This document shows positions 51,933 to 64,000 of a stretch of DNA of 64,000 bases, piece after piece. Each line of letters starts with the position of its first letter. The first letter of the stretch is position 1. Below the pieces are notes generated by a model, which was not told where the DNA came from, searched no databases, and saw nothing but the letters and a program-made list of their open reading frames with translations. Source of the DNA: Octopus vulgaris (lineage: Eukaryota); the NCBI GenBank assembly GCA_951406725.2, contig OX597822.1, positions 60,822,001-60,886,000 of the forward strand. Direction: 5' to 3'. The position numbers and the translations under genes are program-made.

Positions 51933-52708
51933 AAACCATATGCTTGATAAGTGGTGAATCATTCTCTTGAAATAAGGGTGTCAGTGAAAGTTGACCATAT
52001 ATCTGCATATGTATGTTCAGGCATGGGCATGTTTTCCTGTTTTTTAAGTAAGACTGGCTAATTGCTCATGTTTGTAAGTCCTTTTCACTATGACTCTGCT
52101 GGTACTTTTTGATTATCTCCCCCAAATAAAAAAATTGTTTAACCCTCAATAAAACAAAATGAAAAAATTAATAAACATGAATGATAATATTTTTATAACA
52201 AACCATACGAAACTGAAAAAAATTAAACATCTTATTGAATCTAATAACATTTTTATAACAAATCATACCATACCTATTGAAGAAGCCAAACGTCAACAAT
52301 ATGTTGAAGTACCGAATCAAAAGGATCTAACACTAATCCAATCTCTTGTCACCACATAAACTCAATATTTTAGTGGAGAGATAACCCAATTTTTTAATGG
52401 GGGTGAGATAACCAAAGATACCCTCTGATGTTATTAAAAGTAAACGCTGCTGATATGGGTTAATACAGCATGGCATTGCTGTCAGAATGCTGAGAGCTGG
52501 AACAAATATTGCAAAGCATCTCACCCAACACGTTAACAGTTTTGCCAACCCACTGTCCTAGATTGATACATATTTTATTGACCCTGAATGGATGGAAGAC
52601 ATTATCCACAGCAGGATTTGAACTGATTGCAGAGTTTTGGAACAAATACTACAAGGCATTGTATCTAGCACCGTAATGACATTGCCAATTTGCTGCCTTT
52701 CTCTATGG

Positions 52709-52873
52709 CAGTGCTTTTCAAACTTTTTGCTGGAGCGGAACCCCAAGGAAACATTCCACTGGCTCGAGGAATTTAATAGTCTTATGCACACATATCTGCA
52801 CAGGAGACTTAAAAATTACTGTCGATTTTAGCACTTTTGTAACTTCTTGCGGAACCCTGGTTGAAAACCACTG
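52709..52873. mobile_element. hAT (Buster-type) MITE, 165 bp, perfect 8-bp TSD
   Basis: TIRs CAGTGCTTTTCAA / TTGAAAACCACTG; TSD ctctatgg on both sides. Confidence 0.92.
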
Positions 52874-53991
52874 CTCTATGGAAATGACTTACATTCTTAA
52901 AGAGTAGAAATCATATCACTAATATCTATGATAAATCATTCTCTAGAAATAATGACTGAGCTCTGTTTCTCATAGAAGAAAGGAACTGTGATTGAAAAGG
53001 AGGTGGATTAATTAACATTTAATAAAATTAAAATGTTTTTTATTGGCATAATTCTAAGTAATCAGGGATTTGTAGAAAGAGGCATTATACAGATGAAAAC
53101 TGTTTTAGTAAAAAAAGGAGAATCAGAAAATTTCATTAATATTGGATGGTTTGGCTGGTAATGGACAGTTTGAAACTTAGTAATGTAAGCACATGCCTAC
53201 AGGCAAAAAAAAACCCATATCACTATGATATCTGTGATAAATCATTCTCTCAAACGTCTAGTTTATGTAAACAAGTATTTTCATACAAAAAAAACTCATA
53301 ATATTTCTGCTAAAAGTATTCACTTATCTATGCATGTATTTATTGATACAGAAGAGTAAACATGTGAATGTTGAGCTATTCTATGAAGAAAAAAATAGCT
53401 TATTTAATTGCAAACTTATACACAATGGAATGAAGATATAACAATGTAATAAGATCCTCTCAACACTATATTTTACATGATCACTAATATATATTGGTGA
53501 AATAGGTTCCCACTGTGATATTTTTAATAAACAATCTTCCAGAATTTTCTTCATGTATTTTCCATTTAATTTATTTCTAAAGTGAAGAAAAAGTACTATT
53601 GATTTATTTTGACCTCGTAGATAATTTACTGAGAAATATATTCTCAGAAATCAGGGATAACACTACTGCAATTGTTTTACAAACAAATGTACAAACCATA
53701 ATGGGAAATATATCCCCACACTGTAATAGGATAAATAAATGTATGGCATTTTATGTATTCAAAATTTTATATATTCTACATTTTGTGTACATCCTCTATA
53801 TTCTTGGTTAAATTTTTATTCTTGTGGTAGGAAGGTTATACAATGATTAAATAAAAAAAAAACATAACTAAATTGTATTAATTTCATTAATATTGCTGTT
53901 ATTTATTTATATAATTTTATCTTTCTGTTGCATAATTCGTTTATGGTTAACCTCAATGGTATATAAATGTGTGTGTGTGTGTGTATGTATA

Positions 53992-54221
53992 TATGAGGTG
54001 GTATCAAAATATTCCTGGACTAGTTCTGTAATGTGCCAACGGTTGGCAGCACTTGGTTGCGTGTGCAGTGAAAGATAGCTGTGACCTTCATGAGGCAGTG
54101 TGCCAAGTGACATTGCTGTGTTTACTTCGCTAGTTTTGAAATTTGTGGTTGTGTGTACTTTGTAGTCTGCGATTTTGTCATGGACAGGATGTTGGAACAC
54201 AGAACCAATGTGAAATTTTGT
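53992..54221 (+). mobile_element. Mariner 5' end, same family as 44595-45350
   Basis: Shares ggactagttctg..gtgaccttcatgaggcagtgtgcc..ATGGACAGGA..GTGAAATTTTG. Confidence 0.85.
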
Positions 54222-55539
54222 CCCGGCTTGCGGGGGTGATTGCCTCCCCTTTGCAAATATAAGGACACAGAAAATGTGTCAAAGCTGACAGGAGATGTCG
54301 ATGTTTCCTAGGGCTAAATGGCAATGGTGTAATTCCCTTACGGGACTGTCACATTGAGTTGACAGTATACGATCACTATATATATATATATATAATATAT
54401 GCAAAATGTGTTGTATAATTTGTAAATCATCCTCATCAATGTTATATTCATTTTTCCATGTTGGTATGAGTTGGACTTGTTACACAAGGTTTGACTGCAT
54501 TTTCTTTTTTTTTAATGTTTTGTCATCCTAGCTGTAAGGCCCATAATTAGATCTTACCTCAACAATTTTTGTGAATATTCTTAAAAATTGAAAGTTTTAA
54601 TAAAACTAATTTATTATTAGTCTTTATCATTTTATGTTCAGAACAAAATCTAACCTCAACTTGTATTGACACAACTTTTAAATTATAGAATTCACAAATT
54701 AGATTAATAATGGATTAAATTTGCAAATTCCTCTGAAGTGATTAGGTAAATAATATTTGTATTAAAGAACTCATGTGTCTTCAAACTACTACGTTTATAT
54801 ATATTATCCCATTTATTGTGTATAAGCACTACTCTCTATTAAAATGGTAATAACTCGAATATGTTTCCATAAATAGAAGGATTATTGTTTCAAATGTAGT
54901 GCTTTTTTCATTTGGTTCTGAATTAATTGAATTATCTCATAGCTTTGACGTTTCAATGATGTGATTATTTTGAGACTGATAGTGTGAGGTCAGCTTGAAT
55001 ATAAAGCAGGAAGAATATTTGAGCCAGATCAGGTCAGTTTAAATGCTGAAGGGTTAATGAAGATATATTTACTTTCTGATCTGTATACTTCTCTCATCCT
55101 TTATTAATTTTTATGGGGAGTACTAAGATGTTTGTTTATAGATTACTTTCGTTGGAATGAATATATTGTGCCACATATACCAAACTTATATAAGCATTCA
55201 TATATTAAAGGCAGGTAGTCTCCAGAATTTAAAATTGAATTAAAGTCGCTTTAACACTTCCAGAAATATTTCTTTCAGCAGAATACAGTATCCAAATCCT
55301 TTAAAGGGAAAATTTAGTTATTTAACAAGTGTATGCAAATTGGCTATTGTTGTGTGTGAAAATGTAATCCTCATTCCTTTTGCATCATTTTGAGGAGTGT
55401 TTGGAACAATAGAGTACTAAATTGAGGAGTAATGCCCTAACATCCTGGATTCTACAGTCTAAAGATGACTTCGTTTGGGTTACATCTCTAAATGAGCTTG
55501 GAAACTAATAAATTCCTTGTCAGCATGCATTTGAAATGT

Positions 55540-56037
55540 ATTGTTGTTGTGACCCCCTTCAGTCACGACACATACCATGGGATTGCACCTAGAAAGTTAC
55601 TCTCCAAGGCACAAGTCTGGGCAACGTTGTTTATGGAAGACCAGCAGTCACCCATGCGTACCAACCTCTCCTCTCCACACCACCAATGTTATCCAAGGGA
55701 AAGGCAAAGGCTGATACAGCTTGGCACCAGTGACGTTGCAGCTCATTTATTAACATGCAAGTGGCCGAGCATTTCACAAACATGTGTACCCTTAACATAG
55801 TTCTTGGGGAGATTCAGTATGACATAGAGTGTGACAAGGCTGGCCCTTTGAAATACAGGTACAACAGAAAGAGGAAGAGAAAGTTGTGGTGAAAGAGTAC
55901 AGCAGGGTTTACCACCACCCCCTGTCAGAACCTTGTAGAGCTTAAGATGTTTTTGCTCAATAAACACTCACAATGCCCGGTCTGGGAATCAAAACTGCGA
56001 GTCCGCTGCCCTAACCACTGGGCCATTGCACCTCCAC
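55540..56037 (-). mobile_element. tRNA-derived SINE (long form) with 8-bp TSD
   Basis: Head tggaggtgcaatggcccagtggttagggcagcgg, (CAA)n tail, TSD tgaaatgt. Confidence 0.8.
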
Positions 56038-56096
56038 TGAAATGTTTAGATTACCAGTGAACTAAACCCCTCATATTCTTTATACATATATATATA

Positions 56097-56482
56097 GGCA
56101 TAGGGGTGGCTGTATGGTAAGTAGCTTGCTTACAAACAACATGGTTCCGGGTTCAGTCCCACGACTTGGCACCTTGGGCAAGTGTCTTCGACTATAGCCT
56201 CAGGCCGACCAAAGCCTTGTGAGTGGATTTGGTAGACGGAAACTGAAAGAAGCCTGCCGTATATGTGTATATATATAAGATTGTGTGTCAGTGTTTGTCC
56301 CCCCAACATCACTTGACATCCGATGCTGGTGTGTTTACGTCCCCGTAACTTAGCGATTCGGCAAAGGAGACCGATAGAATAAGTACTAGGCTTAGAAAGA
56401 ATAAGTCCTGGGGTTGATTTGCTCAACTAAAGGCGGTGCTCCAGCATGGCCGCAGTCAAATTACTGAAACAAGTAAAAGAGT
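56097..56482 (+). mobile_element. SINE family B, near full length
   Basis: A-box TGGCTGTATGGT, B-box GGTTCAGTCCC, then ccttgggcaagtg similar to the CORE domain. Confidence 0.88.
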
Positions 56483-56884
56483 ATATATATATATATATAT
56501 ATACACATATGCACATACACATACTAGTGTTACCTGTCATATGGCAGGTAATTTTGCCACCATGAGTTGTATCAGGAAATACGGCATGCATACAATAGTT
56601 ATAAATCAACTTTTATCAAATATGTCATTCTCTTCACTGCCTTTTTCTTACTTGTGTAGATCTGTTATTTTTCTTGCTTAGTTTCTTCCACTTTGTAGTT
56701 TTATGAAACACTCAGTTGGAATAAACTTTATACACATGTTTGAGTGATGTTCATTTCACTCAATGGTCCAGATGTTGTAATTATATAAGCTATTTAGATT
56801 TTTTTTCTTTATTAATAAAAAAAACAAATGAGCAATTACTTTTAATTGTAAAGGAAAAACTTTCAAAACAAGGTTAAAATGTAT

Positions 56885-57228
56885 ACTCTTTTTCTTGTTT
56901 CAGTCATTTGACTGCAGCCATGCTGGAGCACCACCTTTAGTCAAGCAAATCAACCCCAGGACTTATTCTTTGTAAGCCTAGTACTTATTCTATCAGACTC
57001 TTTTGTCGAATCGCTAAGTTACTGGTATGTAAACACACCAGCATTGGTTGTCAAGTGACGTTGGGGGGACAAACACATATATGTATACTTCTTTCAGTTT
57101 CCGTCTACCAAATCCACTCTCAAGGCTATAGTAGAAGACACTTGCCCAAGGTGCCACGCAGTGGGACTGAACCCAGAACCATGTGGTTGGTAAGCAAGCT
57201 ACTTACCACACAACCGCTCCTGCGCCTA
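56885..57228 (-). mobile_element. SINE family B, inverted relative to the previous copy
   Basis: Reverse complement of 56097-56482. Confidence 0.88.
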
Positions 57229-57259
57229 TAACGGTTTTTTTTTTTTTGCTGCTTTTGTT

Positions 57260-57830
57260 TGTCATCACTATCACTCTTTCTCCTTACTTCCACCACCTTC
57301 TCACAGATTTCTTCCTTCACCAAAACTCCCACATCTCCAGTCCCCTTGCTATTTCCCAACCACCACAACTTGTATCTTCTGCCCTTGACCCCTACAAATC
57401 TTGCACCCTGGCTTCTCCACCTAGCCTTCTGCACACATCCACCCTCCTCTTCCTCAATTCTTCACATATCTCCATTCCCCTTTCATCCAGACTGACCGCA
57501 TTCCAACTTCCCAACCTCACCCCCAAGCTTCTACTCAGGCCTTCGGCCATCATAAAGCAAGCCATGCTTGCACAACCCAGTATGAGGATTTGCATCTTCC
57601 TTTTTGAGGTAGCAAGTGCAGCCCATGCCAACCTTTGGGCTAGCTGGTGCCCATTCTCCTTTGTTATCATGAGGCTTTCTTAGAGCTGGATGTTCTTCAG
57701 GGAACATGCCCTTGCTTACCCACAACCTCAGTTTCTAGACATGAGTGGTCCCGAGACCAAGGCCTCTACCACGATTTTTAAGAAATGTGGTGGGAAAGTA
57801 GCTCAGGAAAGCAGGGACGCTACTCCCTGT
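57260..57830 (-). mobile_element. RTE-clade LINE 5' part (APE endonuclease N-terminus)
   Basis: RLGSWNAVSL..EELRKRRVDVC..RWRSQGA..YKLWWLG..GVLV..VVEVRRKSD. Confidence 0.85.
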
Positions 57831-58129
57831 TATCAAATATATGTAACTTCTACCAAATGTGTTGAGTGACAATTTGGTAGTATAGAAGGGTGGAATATAT
57901 GTAAAATATGAGTGGAAAAGGATAATGTTAAGAATGAACGATGGAAGTCAATTCAAGTGGTTCTTGGTATAGAGAATGATAACTGGTATCATGGAAAAGA
58001 TGATAAAATATGAAATTCTGCCCTCATTTGATTACAGCAGCAGAATGCTACAGTTACGTTAATGATGGAGAGATCAGTGATCAGAGAAATGAAGGTTATG
58101 GAGATTTGTTGAGGAATTAGCAAGCTGCT

Positions 58130-59340
58130 CAATTGTGTATGTAGATATTATGCTTCCAGAACCTCAATTTCACTGATATGAGTGGGTGTTCTTGCATATC
58201 ACTATTCATCTCAGTTCAGAGATTAGCCTTCATTATTCTTGTTCACAAGTTCCATCCACCTTAAGTGATCAGCACCTCTTTATATAGATGTTTTTATCTA
58301 TATACATCATATGACCATCAAGGTAGTCTTCTCTCTTGCACACTAATTCCAAGTGTGCCCTATTTTTCTCTCTATGTATTTGTACTTTGTCTTTCATGCA
58401 AACTGATTTTATACATCTAATGATGTATATTAGTTTCACCTTTTTGCAGTCATTGCATGTCCTGCATACTCATGACCCACGTCTCACTATTATGTAGTAT
58501 TGCTGTTTGTACATAAGCATGATACAGTCTGTCTTTCACTGAGAAACTTTTTTGTTACCATTAGATGTAACAGCTCTCTGAACTTTATCTAACCAGTTCT
58601 TATTCTAACAACTATATTCTCACATCCTCCTCCACTGATATGTAACAGAAGCTGTCTACTGTTTCTAGAAATCTTGGGCATTTCAGAAAATCTATTTCCA
58701 GTGTGGTGTTTATTACTCCTATGCTTCTGCCACATACAACATCTATTTCCTCTGTTAATCTCCCTCTGATAGCAATGCATCTTTTGAGTGTTCACAATTT
58801 GCATTGGGTACAACATGGAATTTCTACTTACTTCTTTCCTACATATTGAACAAAGCCATTTCTCTAATGGAAACAGAGTCCTGTATGCTCTCTTAGTTAC
58901 CAAAACTTTGGTCTTTGCTCAGTTAATCTTGGAGGCTTCTGATTCTAAGTTTTGTTTCCGTATTAGGAATTTCTTTTCTAATCCTACAACAGAATCAGCT
59001 ATAAGAATGAGGTCATCAGCATATAGCAAGTGGTCTTCAACTCCCCTTGTTATGACCTGAAACATGTGTAAGTGGGGACTAAGAACCAAGCCTTGATGAA
59101 CTCCTACCTGCATATTAAGTTTTTCATTATATTCATTGTTGACTCTTACCTTACTTACAGTACCTTAGTACATAGCTGGCACAGCTGTCACAAGCCATTC
59201 ATCCACTCCTAGCTTCCTCAGTGACCACCAGATTACAGAGAAAGAAACTCAGTTGAAGAGTTTCTCCAGATCAACAAATACTAACTACAGCAGCTTAATT
59301 TTAACCAAGTACTTCTACAGTTCCTCACCAGGAAGAAGGT
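58130..59340 (-). mobile_element. RTE-clade LINE RT fragment
   Basis: VGVHQGLVLSP and LLYADDLILIADS in ORF 58919..59113. Confidence 0.88.
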
Positions 59341-60379
59341 ATCAGGCATGTTCCCTGTAGAAAATCCAGCTCTAAGAAAGCCTCATGATAGCAAAGGAGA
59401 ATGGGCACCAGCTAGCCCAAAGGTTGGGGTGGGCTGCACCTGCTACCTCAAAAAGGAAGGTGCAAATCCTCATCCTGGGTTGTGCAAGCATGACTTGCTT
59501 TATGATGGCCGAAGGCCTGAGGAGAAGGTTGGGAAGTTCTGGTACAGAACTAAACTGCATCTCCTCTAGTCTAACTTCTTAATTAATTGAGTTACAGCTC
59601 CTTCTGTAATTATCATGACCTGGTCCACAAATTTCATACCTTGCAATTACCTCTCGTTAAGGCATCTCTTTTACTATTTTAACAGCTGATTATAACTAAA
59701 CAGTGCTATCAACATTACTGAAAAGGTCTCAAACATGGCATCTAAAATCATATCAGGAAAGAAAACTTGAAAAGTTTGACAAGATTTTTGCCATCTGATA
59801 ACACAATTTTATTTATCTAACAAGAAATTCAGAAAGCAGTCTGGACAACTAGTGAACATCCATAATTTGTAGTTGATACATAATATGGATTGGCTACAAC
59901 TTGAGATTAAACAGTTATATAAATCTTTATAAAAGAAGATCTCCACACACCCCAAGGCAATGAAGGTACTTCTACAAGGTTATTCAACTTGCTACAGTCT
60001 TGAAGTAAAGAATACAATTGACAATGTAATCCAAGATATACAAGAAGCTGGAACACCTATTGAATTAGGGCTAACCAATACTCCAAGAGATCCTAAGTAA
60101 AAGAACAAACCAGTGTGATCTTCAGATAGTCAACTAATAAAGTAATATGATCAATATCATTAGAGACAACAGACCATTGACATCTTTAATCCGGTCAATC
60201 AATGAAATCACTGTCACTAATAAGACAACAAACAAATGAGGTTTTCAACTAGTCAACCAAATAGTTAGATTGTTCTGAATGTCATGTGTATCAAGATATG
60301 GGAGTTACTATATTTAAGGTCGTGTTCATTATGTATAGAGATGTTATACATTTTACACTTGTGTTTTCAATGGTGAATT

Positions 60380-60725
60380 AACTTCTAACACCCGTGGACA
60401 TATTTACAAAGTAAGAAAACAGCACAGCTCCCATGAATTCAGGAAACATTTTTTCACGCTAAGAGTTGCTGAAGCATGGAACAAACTGCCGGCATCAGTT
60501 GTTAGTTGTCGGAGCACTGCATCCTTCAAAACTTCCATGCTTCCTGAGATTCGCCAACACTACACTTGATTTTCTCCCCTCCATACACACACAAGCATAT
60601 ATCTGACTCATACATTTTTTGCTTTCCAGACATTTCTACATTACTGCATGTACTTTATATGCACTTTCTGACAAGTTGTGGTGCACCTGAGCACTGTATA
60701 CAATTATTTCATTATTATTATTATG
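60380..60725 (+). mobile_element. CR1-like LINE 3' end with (ATT)n tail
   Basis: TRGHIYKV..RKHFFTLRVAEAWNKLPASVV..SFK. Confidence 0.85.
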
Positions 60726-61995
60726 TACTTTAGATTTGAAAGCCATCTATAAAACCATGAATGGCCAGGAACATTGTCAGTGTTCGGTGATTAGAATCCA
60801 GGTACACGATAGACGATCTTACGTTATTAGTAACATTACTTATAAACCACGTGGGTTTATTTACATTTCTGAAGAAGATCGTCGGTTTCCGTAAAGAATT
60901 TTAATTTTTTTTACATAAGGGGTTGGGGGGAAACAAATACAAGTGCATTTTTTTTTTTCTTGACAACTACGGTACTCATATCGAAATTTAACCAACATTT
61001 CATGTGATGCACAGTACTATAAAATTTAAGCTAAACTTTAAAACTGAAAAAAAATTATTATACTTGGGATGGTTATATTTTGCCGATTACATAAAAAGTA
61101 AAAAATACAGAAAAACAACAAAAACTTAGCTACTAAGACAACAGGGAAAGGGATGATATGAAAGTTGTTTTTCCTTTAAATATATTTATACGCATGCGTC
61201 ATAGTAGTAATATCCGTTGATACATTGAGACCTTCTTTTGTTCTCTGTTTAATTTCTTAATTATTACACAGGCAAACACAACTATAAAAAATATATTTTA
61301 CGAAGCATTTCAGTAAGTATTAATGACTAAAAGTATTACATCTAATCGTTTTGTATATTTTCGTTGGCTCTGTATATTTTCGCAGTACCAGATTTTTGTA
61401 GTTATTTTTTCATTGTTTCCTTATTGCAGTATTAAATGCTTTTCTTAATTTTATTATTTACCGAAAATTTCAAATGGTGTTATTTAGAAGCGTATTAAAT
61501 AAGCTCCCACTTACAAATGCGTTATAAAATGTCAAATAGATCAATTCCTTTATATCTCGCTGTCTTACGATCAAGAATTGGCTTAATAATGGCCCTGTGT
61601 GAAAGAGACATCTAAAAAGATATTGGATTAATGTACTGTAATCAATGTCATTTGGTGACATGTATAAATTCTCATTTTTTAAAAATAAATTCCTTTGACT
61701 TCAAAAGATCAAAAGTTGATTCAAACATTTACAAATGAGTCATTATATTGACCAACAGCATTGTATTTGTGTAGTCATTCTTTCGGCAGACTCAAAACGC
61801 AAATGTGCTAGTCGCTGTTGTGAGTGTACTCGAAAGTATTAAGAATAAAAGGTTATATTGTAGTCGAACAAAAGAGTCTGCAGCAAATATTTCTAATAAC
61901 GAAATACAAAAAGATCTCCCATAAAACAAAGTAAAATAATTGAAAAAAATAAAAATTAAAACAGAATTAAGTTTGCAAGAAGATTTAACTCAAGG

Positions 61996-62080
61996 GGCGA
62001 AGGTAAAGACTACGCACACCACCCGTTTTCGGCGTAACAAAAACCCCAATCACCGGGTGTGCGTATTCTTTACTTTCGTC
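61996..62080. mobile_element. 85-bp MITE with GGCGAAGGTAAAG TIRs
   Basis: 25-bp TIRs with 3 mismatches; caagg on both flanks. Confidence 0.75.
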
Positions 62081-62570
62081 CAAGGTTGTATGGCTTAATT
62101 TTAATAGCATATTAAAAAGTAAAGTTCATTTGTCACTGTTGAATCTGCTTTTTATGTCTTCTATATCTTATACTGTTCCTCTATGTTAAAATATCAGATG
62201 ACATGAGCTTAGCTTTAAAGTCTCATCTAATTTAGATGCAACATTAATATTTTTCATTAGATGAAAATTATTAGTGTTGCATCTAAAACTAAGGGAATAT
62301 GTTATACAGAACAAGTATAACCTTCTTTATATAAAGTTGTTGTAGAATTTCTATGAAAATATTCTCTAAGTCTTATTATTAGCAAAATTTTTTCTACTTG
62401 ATTGGAATGTATACCAGATTACATTCAGTTTAAACTTTCATTATAAAGGAATTTGTTGTATTTTCAGATTACAGTTGATAGAAATATCGCAGAATTATTG
62501 GTTAGAAATATATCATAAAATTGAAATCAAGAAAAAGCTTCATATGTTGCAATGAGAGATGAAAAAAAAT

Positions 62571-64000
62571 ATGGAAACTGAATTTCATGACAACCAAATT
62601 AAATGTAAAGAACAATCTGAAAGGATTAATTATTCTGATGAGTTGATGAAAGAGAAAGAAAAAACATGTAATATCATTGAAAAGTCATTCTCTCCAAAAA
62701 CAAACCTCAGTAACAAAAATATTCATACTAGAAAGAAGCCATATCACTGTGATATCTGTGGTAAATCATTCTCTCAAAATGATCACTTAACCACTCACAA
62801 ACGTATTCATACAGGAGAGAAGCCATTTCTCTGTAATATTTGTGGTAGATCATTCTCTCAAATAAATCACTTAACTATACATAAACGCATTCATACAGGA
62901 GAGAAGCCATATCTGTGTGATATCTGTGGTAAATCATTCTCTGGAAGTGGTGAGTTAACTTGTCACAAACGTATTCATACTGGAGAGAAGCCATATCACT
63001 GCAATATCTGCAATAAATCATTCTCTCGAAGTGATCATTTATCTAAGCACAAACGAATTCATACAGGAGAGAAACCACATCATTGTGATATCTGTGGCAA
63101 ATCATTCTGCCGAAGTGGTGAATTGACTTCTCACAAACGTGTTCATACAGGAGAGAAACCATATCACTGTGATATCTGTGGTAAATCATTCTCCCATGGA
63201 AAAACTTTAACTAACCACAGACGCATTCATACTGGAGAGAAGCCATATCACTGTGACATTTGTGGTGAGTCATTCTCTGAAAACGGTGACTTAACTAAAC
63301 ATAAACGCGTTCATACAGGTGAGAAGCCATATAAGTGTGATACCTGTGGTAAATCATTTTCTCAAATAAATCATTTAACTAAACACAAACGCATTCATAC
63401 AGGAGAGAGACCATACCATTGTGATGTCTGTGGTAAATCATTCTCTCAAAATAGTGTATTAACTAAGCATAAACGCATTCACACAGGGGAAAAGCCATAT
63501 TGCTGTGAAATCTGTGGTAAATCATTTGCTGTAACAGGGAGTTTAGCTAATCACAAATACACCCATACAGGAGAAAAGCCATATCACTGTGATATCTGTG
63601 GCAAATCATTCTCTCATAGAAATACCTTGACTACTCACAAACGTATTCATACTGGAGAAGAGCCCTACGAGTGTAATATCTGTGGTAAATCATTCTCTGG
63701 AAATAGTAACTTAATTATTCACAAACGTATTCATACAGGTGAGAAACCATATCACTGTGATATTTGTGGTAAATCATTTTCTCAGATAAATCACTTAACT
63801 AAGCACAAACGCATTCATACAGGAGAAAAACCATATCATTGTGATATTTGTGGTAAATCATTCCCTCGAAATGGTGACTTAACAATCCACATGCGTGTTC
63901 ATACAGGAGAGAAACCATATCACTGCGATATTTGTGGAAAATCATTTTCTGGAAAAAGTGATTTAACTAAACACAAGAGGATTCATACAGGTGAAAAGCC
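62571..64000 (+). CDS. C2H2 zinc-finger protein, >=15 fingers, truncated by the window end (ZNF-D)
   Basis: Translated by hand: [31 protein letters not shown], one degenerate finger, then 15 intact 84-nt fingers from 62742 with no stop. There is an alternative in-frame ATG at 62559. Not in the ORF track. Confidence 0.95.
   Translation, partial: METEFHDNQIKCKEQSERINYSDELMKEKEKTCNIIEKSFSPKTNLSNKNIHTRKKPYHCDICGKSFSQNDHLTTHKRIHTGEKPFLCNICGRSFSQINHLTIHKRIHTGEKPYLCDICGKSFSGSGELTCHKRIHTGEKPYHCNICNKSFSRSDHLSKHKRIHTGEKPHHCDICGKSFCRSGELTSHKRVHTGEKPYHCDICGKSFSHGKTLTNHRRIHTGEKPYHCDICGESFSENGDLTKHKRVHTGEKPYKCDTCGKSFSQINHLTKHKRIHTGERPYHCDVCGKSFSQNSVLTKHKRIHTGEKPYCCEICGKSFAVTGSLANHKYTHTGEKPYHCDICGKSFSHRNTLTTHKRIHTGEEPYECNICGKSFSGNSNLIIHKRIHTGEKPYHCDICGKSFSQINHLTKHKRIHTGEKPYHCDICGKSFPRNGDLTIHMRVHTGEKPYHCDICGKSFSGKSDLTKHKRIHTGEK

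Noticed and set aside
51930-51947. UAG stop of ZNF-C recoded to UGG by A-to-I editing to extend the array
   Set aside because: Read-through would add only WKPYA before TGA; the downstream finger is already broken.
62742-64000. Regular 84-bp repeat/variable pattern resembling a CRISPR array
   Set aside because: It is in-frame C2H2 coding sequence in a eukaryotic context, with no cas genes.

Overview
AT-rich, microsatellite-dense eukaryotic genomic DNA, most likely from an octopus or other coleoid cephalopod (inferred from the SINE families and the style of the KRAB-less C2H2 genes). It contains: (1) a complete 9-coding-exon minus-strand gene (24009->11606, ~289 aa) that I assembled by hand; it matches CFAP119/CCDC189 (CLAMP/C1a-32 ciliary central-pair family) and has a candidate RFX X-box upstream; (2) a cluster of four C2H2 zinc-finger genes, each with its fingers in one uninterrupted ORF (9, 22, 8 and >=15 fingers; the last is missing from the ORF track because it runs off the window); (3) many transposon relics: tRNA-derived SINEs, RTE, CR1/L2-like, Tx1/L1-like and REL-endonuclease LINE fragments, Penelope-like pieces, head-to-tail Helitrons, mariner and hAT fossils, and several MITEs. 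The most notable observations are a ~507-bp near-perfect palindrome with a minimal hammerhead-ribozyme motif in each arm, an apparent SINE/LINE partnership with a shared 3' tail, and paralogous ZNF leaders, one of which has gained a new hairpin. All calls are by eye; no searches were run and repeat boundaries are approximate.
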